From assembly GCF_000014265.1 (NCBI RefSeq), contig NC_008312.1, positions 4,980,001-5,012,000 of the forward strand: a stretch of 32,000 bases of DNA, given 5' to 3'. The position numbers and the translations under genes are program-made. This document shows, in pieces, positions 25,626 through 32,000 of the stretch (its first letter is position 1; each line of letters begins with the position of its first letter). The stretch is from Trichodesmium erythraeum IMS101 (lineage in GTDB: Bacteria > Cyanobacteriota > Cyanobacteriia > Cyanobacteriales > Microcoleaceae). The notes below the pieces were generated by a model. It was not told the DNA's origin, did not search any database, and saw only the letters and a program-made list of their open reading frames with translations.

Positions 25626-25835
25626 AATAATAGCATTTCAGGTTTTCAAGGAAATGATATTATCAATGTATTAGAAAGTGACGATAATGTCTTTGGAGGT
25701 AAAAGCGATGATTTTATAGTTGATGATCGAGGTGGAAATGATAATCTCTATAGGGGTAATGGCAATGATTTCATCTATGGTAGCATTGGTGATGACTATC
25801 TATTGGGTAAAGCAGATAATATTAGGTCCGGATAA
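25626..25835 (+). pseudogene. Start-less fragment encoding RTX-type (haemolysin-type) calcium-binding nonapeptide repeats
   Basis: My translation gives NNSISGFQGNDIINVLESDDNVFGGKSDDFIVDDRGGNDNLYRGNGNDFIYGSIGDDYLLGKADNIRSG*. It shows GGxGxDxxx-like periodicity. A TGA lies immediately upstream (25623..25625) and there is no start codon. Confidence 0.5.
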
Positions 25836-25837
25836 GA

Positions 25838-25916
25838 ATTAAAAGTTAAAATTAAAAAATTAAAAAGTTAAAAAGTTAAAATTAAAAAGTTAAAATTAAA
25901 AAGTTAAAAGTTAATA
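25838..25916. repeat. A-rich aaaagtt/aaaatt low-complexity array, the same style as 24481..24693
   Basis: attaaaagttaaaattaaaaaattaaaaagttaaaaagttaaaattaaaaagttaaaattaaaaagttaaaagtt. Confidence 0.85.
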
Positions 25917-25917
25917 A

Positions 25918-26003
25918 AATAGATGTTTGTCTTGGGATGTGCCGCGGCTTAACCCAACCTACAATAGAAGAAATTATTAAATATTAAATATTAAATTAAT
26001 TAT
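25918..26003. repeat. Dispersed hairpin repeat family, copy c
   Basis: atagatgtttgtcttgggatgtgccgcggcttaacccaacctacaatagaagaaattattaaatattaaat. It is a direct repeat of copy d, about 150 nt downstream. Confidence 0.75.
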
Positions 26004-26066
26004 TACTTTTAATTAACCTCAAAGCTTTGAAATACCTGGATAAAAACTTAGTTGATGCAGATATTT

Positions 26067-26150
26067 AATAGATAGGTGTTTGTATTGGGTTGCGCTGCCA
26101 CTTAACCCAATCTACAATATAGGAAATTATTAAATATTAAACTAATTATA
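26067..26150. repeat. Dispersed hairpin repeat family, copy d, ending 3 nt before the recQ start codon
   Basis: atagataggtgtttgtattgggttgcgctgccacttaacccaatctacaatataggaaattattaaatattaaac. It has a perfect 8-bp stem attgggtt/aacccaat. Confidence 0.75.
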
Positions 26151-26153
26151 ACT

Positions 26154-28349
26154 ATGTCAGTGTCAAACCAATCAGAATTTAATCAACCTTCACTAGAACA
26201 ACATCTAAAAAATTACTTTGGTTATGACTCATTCCGTCCTGGGCAAAAACAAATTATTCAAACAGCACTACAACAAAAAGACCTATTAATTATCATGCCT
26301 ACTGGTGGAGGAAAATCTTTATGTTTCCAAATGCCAGCATTGCTCAAACCAGGCTTAACAATAGTAGTCTCTCCCCTCATTTCTTTAATGCAAGACCAAG
26401 TAGAATCTTTAAAAGATAATGGTATTGCTGCTACATTTTTAAATAGCACTTTAGATTTAACTGAAACTCGTAGACGATCAACAGATATTATTCTGGGAAA
26501 AATCAAACTTTTATATGTAGCTCCAGAGAGATTATTATCAGAAAAATTTTTAGAATTTTTAGAATTAATTAGTTCTCAACAAGGTATATCAACTTTTGCC
26601 ATAGATGAAGCTCATTGTGTTTCAGAATGGGGTCACGATTTTCGCCCAGAATATCGACAGTTAAAACTCCTAAGAGAAACTTATCCAGATGTACCAATAA
26701 TGGCTCTAACTGCCACAGCAACAAAACGAGTTAGAGAAGATATTACTACTCAATTAAACTTACAAAAACCCTATATTCATATCGCTAGTTTTTTCCGTTC
26801 CAACTTATATTATGAAGTGCGTCAAAAAACCAGTGCTAAAAATACTTTTGCTGAAATATTGCAAATAATTAGAACAATTGGTGGCTCAGGAATAGTTTAT
26901 TGTAATAGTCGTAAACGGGTTGATGAAATTGCTTATAAACTACGACAAAATAATGTATCTGCTTTGGCTTATCATGCTGGTATGACTGACGAGGAAAGAA
27001 CTACTAATCAAACTAAATTTATCAGAGATGATGTTGATGTTATTGTCGCAACTGTGGCATTTGGCATGGGAATTGATAAACCAGATGTCAGGTTTGTAAT
27101 TCACTATGACTTGTCTAAAAACATAGAAGGTTATTATCAAGAAACTGGTAGGTCTGGTCGAGATGGAGAGCCTGCTCAATGTATTCTATTTTTTAGTTAT
27201 GGCGATAAGAGAAGTATTGAATATTTAATCGGTCAAAAAGTTGATGAGCAAGAACAAAGAATTGCTGAACAACAGTTAAGAAGAATAATTAATTATGCTG
27301 AGGCTACCGAATGTCGTCATCGAGTTTTGTTAAGTTATTTTGGGGAAGATTTTCCAGGAAATTGTGGGAACTGTGATAATTGTAAATATCCTAAGCCAAT
27401 AGAAGATTGGACTATTGAAGCCATGAAGTTTTTGTCTTGTGTGGCGAGGACTAAAGAAAGGTTTGGCATGACTTATATTATTGATGTTTTAAGAGGTTCT
27501 AAAAGTCAGAAAATTTTGGATAGGAGACATGATCAACTTTCTACTTATGGTATTGGCAAAGATAGAGCTACCGAGGAATGGAAAAATTTAGCAAAATCTC
27601 TTTTACATCAAGGTTTAATGGATGAAACAGCCGATGGTTATTCGGTGTTGAAACTTAATCAACATAGTTGGGAGGTAATGGGTAGAAAAACTAAGGTAAA
27701 AATTGCTATAGAAAAGAAGCGTCAAATTGAAAAAACTACCACTTCTTTGGCTGTAGATGAAAAAAGATTATTTGAAGAGTTACGGGCATTACGCAAAAGA
27801 ATGGCTGATGAACAAAGTATTCCTCCTACTACGATTTTTCAAGATCACACACTGCAGGAAATGGCTAAGAAACGCCCCCAAACTTTGGATGAATTTATTC
27901 GTATTTCTGGAGTAGGTAATTGGAAGCGAGATAAGTATGGTAAAAAGTTTATTGAGAAGATTAAAAATTATTGTCTCAAGTATGGTTTACCTATTAAGTC
28001 GGAACCTATTCGAGACTTAGCAAAAGTTGTGGATAATGTTCCTTCTCTGACCCAAATAAAAACCTTGGAGTTGTATAAAAAAGGATTAAGTATTCATGCT
28101 ATTGCTAATGAAAGGGGAGTCAAAGCTAGCGGAATTGTTAATCATTTAGCTGAGTTGATAGAGAAGGAACAACCGATAGATATTGATAGGTTGGTAAAGC
28201 CAGCAATTCAGAAAGAAATTATTGCTGCAATAGAAAAAGTAGGGGATGAAAAATTAAAGCCTATTTATGAGTATTTACAAGAGCGTTACACTTATGATGA
28301 TATTAAATTAGTCAGGGCATTTTGGCGGAGCGATAAGTTGTATTTTTAG
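26154..28349 (+). CDS. recQ: ATP-dependent DNA helicase RecQ
   Basis: 731 aa. Walker A MPTGGGKS, DEAH box AIDEAHCVSEWGHDFRPEY, RecQ zinc-finger cysteines (CRHRVLLSYFGE..CGNCDNC), an HRDC-like region and an extra C-terminal helical/HTH-like extension. Confidence 0.95.
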   Translation: MSVSNQSEFNQPSLEQHLKNYFGYDSFRPGQKQIIQTALQQKDLLIIMPTGGGKSLCFQMPALLKPGLTIVVSPLISLMQDQVESLKDNGIAATFLNSTLDLTETRRRSTDIILGKIKLLYVAPERLLSEKFLEFLELISSQQGISTFAIDEAHCVSEWGHDFRPEYRQLKLLRETYPDVPIMALTATATKRVREDITTQLNLQKPYIHIASFFRSNLYYEVRQKTSAKNTFAEILQIIRTIGGSGIVYCNSRKRVDEIAYKLRQNNVSALAYHAGMTDEERTTNQTKFIRDDVDVIVATVAFGMGIDKPDVRFVIHYDLSKNIEGYYQETGRSGRDGEPAQCILFFSYGDKRSIEYLIGQKVDEQEQRIAEQQLRRIINYAEATECRHRVLLSYFGEDFPGNCGNCDNCKYPKPIEDWTIEAMKFLSCVARTKERFGMTYIIDVLRGSKSQKILDRRHDQLSTYGIGKDRATEEWKNLAKSLLHQGLMDETADGYSVLKLNQHSWEVMGRKTKVKIAIEKKRQIEKTTTSLAVDEKRLFEELRALRKRMADEQSIPPTTIFQDHTLQEMAKKRPQTLDEFIRISGVGNWKRDKYGKKFIEKIKNYCLKYGLPIKSEPIRDLAKVVDNVPSLTQIKTLELYKKGLSIHAIANERGVKASGIVNHLAELIEKEQPIDIDRLVKPAIQKEIIAAIEKVGDEKLKPIYEYLQERYTYDDIKLVRAFWRSDKLYF

Positions 28350-28407
28350 TACCAAAGTTGTTTGGTGGAATACTGAGGCACAAAAGTCTCGCCTTTTCCC
28401 TGTATTA

Positions 28408-30972
28408 TTATAACCAATTACCAACAAGAATAAATGGTGACCAATAATAAGGTTGCTGGTATTCTGGTTGAATTTCTCCTTTGATAAACTTAATTTGAAC
28501 TTGACGTAGTGCTTCTGCCTTTCTCAGTTCTGAACTATTAGACTGCTGTGAAGTATCAGACTGCAACTGCAATAATTCTTCATAAAATTGTTTCATTAAC
28601 TCTGCTGTCGAGGCATCATCTACCCTCCATAAACTCCCTAAAACACTACGAACTCCTGCCCGAACTGCAAATCCAGCTAAACCCAATGCTGCTCGTTGAT
28701 CTCCAATAGCTGTCTGACAAGCACTTAAAATTAATAACTCTATAGCTCGATCCGATCGCTGCAAATTCTCACTCTGGAGCAGTTGTTCAAAATCTTTAAC
28801 ATTAATAGGTTTATCCCATGCAAAAATAGCAGTCTCCTCAATATTAGAGCTAAATTGTCCGTGAGTTGCAATGTGGACAATGTTAAAGGGTACAGAATTA
28901 ATTTGGTCTTGAATATTAATTGCCGTGAATTTTTCATCTGCTAATGTCTCAGACTTTGGTATAATTTTCTTAATACTCTCTAGTTCCTGTTTGACATTTT
29001 TTAAAGGATTATATTTCTCACCATAACTTGGTGCTTTTTTATCTGTTCCAGCAATTAACACTTGTAACTTACCTTCTAATAATACTTTTGGAGGAAGCAA
29101 TTGCAAACTGGGAGCTACAGCGATCGCGTATCGTTCCACTAGATATCGTTCCCGTTCACTATCATATAAAGCGGACATAGGAATATTTCTAAGTGCTCCT
29201 TCCAAGACAAAAACTAGGGTTTTTATTTGACTCGTATCATATTCATCGTCTATTTCCAAATATGCTTCAAAAGGTTTGATTAACCACTGATAAAGTTTAT
29301 TTAACTCCCGCTTTCCCCCTTTGACTATACGACGATCCATTGGAGTTTGTTCTTTGATATATTGATTAATTTTGCCATTTATGGCTCTATCGATGGCTTT
29401 AAAATTACTCTCACTGAAGCTAGCATAACGAAAATTATCAGTACCAGGCAATTTGAGAATCACACTTAATCGATCCTCGAATAAGATTGGATAAATAACA
29501 GCTGCATTCTGATCAATTTCATCAAAATTAATATCCTGAGCCCTCACACAAGCATCTTGGAAAAAATTATCCAATTCTGCTAATTGTAGAGATTCAATTA
29601 CTTCAACAGCAACTTTAATATTTGCCACATTGGGTTGATTTAAGCCAAGTTCAGGTTGCAGTAATAAGCCTAGCAATTTTCTATACAAAGGTTCAATACT
29701 ATCACGAAAGTTAAACTGAATATCTCTATTTAATACTACTAAATCCTGTCGTAAAACTTGGAGAGTATTAAAAGCAGATTTGTCAGCCAAGAGTGCCTCT
29801 GAATAATTTCCTTGCTTAATCAAAATATCTCCTAATTGTTCTTGGAGTTGATAAACAATATCATAAGCAGATACTTTTTGAGCAGTCAATAATGCTTTAT
29901 TTGTCAATTTAAGTGCTTTTTCTAGGTTTCCTTTTTTGATATTAAATTTTGCCTGGGTACCAATTCCATAAGCTTCTAAACGGAAATTATTAATATCTTT
30001 TGCTTCTTCAATTGCCTGATTTAATAATTCGCTAGGTGGAGTTAACTTAGTAATATTAGTTTGAAATTCAACAAAAGCTGATTGATCTTTAATTTCCTCA
30101 ATATTTGTAAAAATTTCTGCTAATTTAATTCTGGCTCTAATTGATTTAGGAGTAGGATTAATTTGATTTAAAAAATCAATAATTTCGGGTAAAGTTTCAA
30201 TCTGAAATTGTACATAAGTATCTAAATCACCAATTTCTTTAGTAAATTTGACTAGCAAACTAAGATTATTAATAGTTCCTTGAATTTGAACTGATTTGTC
30301 AGTAGAAATACTGGCAGCTTCTTGATAATTAGATAAACTTTGATCAACTAGGGTTCGAAGCGCTCGTTCATCTTTTCCACTTCTACGATCGACAGCAATA
30401 TTTTGAGCTTGAGAAAGCCTATTGTTACCTAAACTTATCAACAATTGAGCTTTAGTATTGTTAGAATTTACCCACTTATAACTTGCTTCTAATACCTTTT
30501 CAGATAACTCCAATTTACCGAACGCCAGCAGTCCATTTCCTAAGATTTGTAACCCCTGAAAATTTAGGCTAGTATTTGATGTTTGAAACTTTTCCAGAAC
30601 ATTTTCTAAGTCATTTTCAGTTAAGCGAGCGCATTCTAAATCATTGCCAAATGCTTTTAAGACAGTATTACACGAACGTTCATGAAAACCCAAACTGGTT
30701 AAAGCTTGAGCTTGATTAATTTTGGTACCGATAATACCAGTTTGATTTTGATTTTGGCGATAAAGTTCCTCTGCTTTTTGCCAAATTTCTAATGCTGCTT
30801 CTGCCTTTCCTTGTTGTAATAATTGAGTTCCTTCTTGAACTAGATGAGTGGCAGAAGATTCAGCTAAAGTGGGAGGTAAAACATTAATTCCCACAGTGAT
30901 ACAGAAACTTAATAGAGTAATGGCGAGCAATTTTATGATCTTCATAATAAATAGATATAAATATCTAAACAA
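28408..30972 (-). CDS. Signal-peptide-bearing CHAT domain protein (caspase-fold peptidase) with an N-terminal TPR-like helical region
   Basis: 854 aa. Sec-type signal MKIIKLLAITLLSFCITVGINVLPPTLA-ESS, so the start may be the second Met at 30945. The helical repeats are TPR-like. CHAT dyad contexts NIVHIATHG (His) and LLILSACQTA (Cys) are intact. The C-terminal YYWSPFILVGNW is typical of CHAT proteins and paralleled in the other CHAT gene (YFWASFIPSGNW). Confidence 0.85.
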   Translation of the reverse strand: MFRYLYLFIMKIIKLLAITLLSFCITVGINVLPPTLAESSATHLVQEGTQLLQQGKAEAALEIWQKAEELYRQNQNQTGIIGTKINQAQALTSLGFHERSCNTVLKAFGNDLECARLTENDLENVLEKFQTSNTSLNFQGLQILGNGLLAFGKLELSEKVLEASYKWVNSNNTKAQLLISLGNNRLSQAQNIAVDRRSGKDERALRTLVDQSLSNYQEAASISTDKSVQIQGTINNLSLLVKFTKEIGDLDTYVQFQIETLPEIIDFLNQINPTPKSIRARIKLAEIFTNIEEIKDQSAFVEFQTNITKLTPPSELLNQAIEEAKDINNFRLEAYGIGTQAKFNIKKGNLEKALKLTNKALLTAQKVSAYDIVYQLQEQLGDILIKQGNYSEALLADKSAFNTLQVLRQDLVVLNRDIQFNFRDSIEPLYRKLLGLLLQPELGLNQPNVANIKVAVEVIESLQLAELDNFFQDACVRAQDINFDEIDQNAAVIYPILFEDRLSVILKLPGTDNFRYASFSESNFKAIDRAINGKINQYIKEQTPMDRRIVKGGKRELNKLYQWLIKPFEAYLEIDDEYDTSQIKTLVFVLEGALRNIPMSALYDSERERYLVERYAIAVAPSLQLLPPKVLLEGKLQVLIAGTDKKAPSYGEKYNPLKNVKQELESIKKIIPKSETLADEKFTAINIQDQINSVPFNIVHIATHGQFSSNIEETAIFAWDKPINVKDFEQLLQSENLQRSDRAIELLILSACQTAIGDQRAALGLAGFAVRAGVRSVLGSLWRVDDASTAELMKQFYEELLQLQSDTSQQSNSSELRKAEALRQVQIKFIKGEIQPEYQQPYYWSPFILVGNWL

Positions 30973-30975
30973 TAA

Positions 30976-31036
30976 AGGGTGTGTTGGGTTTCACTTCGTT
31001 CTACTTTCGGAACTACTTTCAACTACTTTCAACTGG
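30976..31036. repeat. Truncated hairpin-family copy (ggtgtgttgggtttcacttcgttc) followed by a 10-nt tandem repeat (aactactttc, about 3 copies)
   Basis: Its 5' half matches copies c and d (ggtgt..ttgggtt.c.ct). The 10-mers are at 31011..31020 and 31021..31030, with partial copies on both sides. It lies in the 110-nt spacer between the ShlB-like and CHAT genes. Confidence 0.6.
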
Positions 31037-31082
31037 TGTGTCATACTTACCTAAGCTTCATCCCGTCAGTTTACCTCCCTGC

Positions 31083-32000
31083 TCAAAAAGAAAAAGGAGT
31101 AGTAGAAAAAGAAAAATAAAACCCTTCCTCCTGAGCCGTTTTATCTCGCGAGTCCACATCCACTAAAGGAATTCCATAATCTAAGCGCATATTTATCTTC
31201 TCCCATAAATTTACCTGCAACCCCACCCCGGCCGCCGCCAAAGCCTTACTTCCTTCCTCCTCTTTACTATCACTATTCCATGCTACCCCCCCATCAATAA
31301 ACGGCACTACCTGAAATAATCTATTTTTTCCAGATATCCAGGGCACGGGCAACCGCAACTCCACTGTTCCTAACGCTCCATTATCTGTCAAGCGAGTATC
31401 CTGACGATAAGCTCTCACGTTTCGATAACCCCCTAAACCAAACCTTTCCTGAGGCACCAAATCAGATGGAGATAACTGTAGATCTGCTCCCATCAACAAC
31501 AAAGTATTTTTGCCTAACTCACGCACCCATTGTCCTTGACCCCGCCAATAAAAAAATCGACCATCTGGTTCATTACTATTCTTTGTAGCATCCAATATTC
31601 CCAACCCTACATTCAACTGAGAATGAAACGCCAAAACTTGATTTTTTCCCCGTAGTTCATAATCTTGGAAAAGCTGCAAAATTGATAACTTCGTTTCCCC
31701 ATTTTTATCAGCACCCTCAGATAATGGATAATTCTCTCCTAATATAGAAGTTTGACTATCTCGCTTTATTGCAGATAAACCCAAACTTAAAGTTTGCCAG
31801 GGTGTTTGCATTATTGGTTGACTAAATGATAACTTGTAAGTATTTGAATTTGACTCAATATCAAGTCTTTCAAAAGGTGATTCTACCACCTTATTATCTC
31901 TGTGGCGATAAAATAGTTCGATACGACCATTACTGGAGTTCACAGGAATAGCATAAGATACTTCTACCATATCGCTGCCATCAGTATTAGTATAGAGAGC
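31083..32000 (-). CDS. C-terminal beta-barrel part of a ShlB/FhaC/HecB-type (TpsB, Omp85 superfamily) outer-membrane transporter. The 5' end lies beyond the right window edge.
   Basis: The frame stays open upstream of the track Met to position 32000. It has an alternating beta-strand pattern, an L6-loop-like motif FGLGGYRNVRAYRQD (VRGY-type), and a C-terminal aromatic beta-signal ending ..FSTTPFSF*. Confidence 0.75.
   Translation of the reverse strand, partial: ALYTNTDGSDMVEVSYAIPVNSSNGRIELFYRHRDNKVVESPFERLDIESNSNTYKLSFSQPIMQTPWQTLSLGLSAIKRDSQTSILGENYPLSEGADKNGETKLSILQLFQDYELRGKNQVLAFHSQLNVGLGILDATKNSNEPDGRFFYWRGQGQWVRELGKNTLLLMGADLQLSPSDLVPQERFGLGGYRNVRAYRQDTRLTDNGALGTVELRLPVPWISGKNRLFQVVPFIDGGVAWNSDSKEEEGSKALAAAGVGLQVNLWEKINMRLDYGIPLVDVDSRDKTAQEEGFYFSFSTTPFSF

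Noticed and set aside
30848-31166. Track ORFs 30848..31054 and 30981..31166 (plus strand)
   Set aside because: They overlap the 5' end of the CHAT gene, the repeat-filled spacer and the 3' end of the ShlB-like gene on the opposite strand. They show no protein-like features.

Overview
This is an AT-rich cyanobacterial chromosomal window. I count 11 perfect HIP1 octamers (GCGATCGC), a cyanobacterial hallmark. Intact genes cover only about 69% of the window by my coordinates, and the gaps hold gene relics and repeats. This pattern fits a gene-sparse filamentous cyanobacterium of the Trichodesmium type, but that is inference and I could not run a search.

Left part:
- A type IV pilus/motility chemotaxis-like operon lies on the minus strand. 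It has a PatA-type response regulator, CheY, CheW, and the N-terminus of the next protein, which runs off the window.
- It faces a divergently transcribed coiled-coil HmpF-like gene.

Housekeeping and other intact genes: tilS, an NADPH-dependent FMN reductase, ftsH, an M23 peptidase, a small membrane protein, a GT4 glycosyltransferase, an O-methyltransferase and recQ.

Most interesting content: two modules built around exported caspase-fold CHAT proteases.
- Module 1 (17785..24514). A two-gene operon faces a TPR-CHAT protease. The operon encodes a multi-pass membrane TPR protein and an exported FecR-like/FN3-like/TPR protein. The protease's 126-nt TPR repeats show concerted evolution with patchy nonsynonymous variation. 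A 1.4 kb insertion splits the pair. It carries a degraded Rpn/PD-(D/E)XK nuclease gene and is bracketed by 95-nt direct repeats.
- Module 2 (28408..32000). A second signal-peptide-bearing CHAT protein lies directly downstream of a ShlB/FhaC-type outer-membrane transporter gene, which is cut by the window edge.

Non-coding space:
- a 560-bp complex tandem array with nested 66- and 74-nt periods
- a dispersed hairpin repeat family with 5 copies
- A-rich heptamer-like arrays flanking the first CHAT gene in inverted orientation
- a 25-bp perfect palindrome
- pseudogene relics: xisI, nfi, an RTX fragment and the Rpn-family gene

I saw no rRNA, tRNA, CRISPR array or intact transposase.
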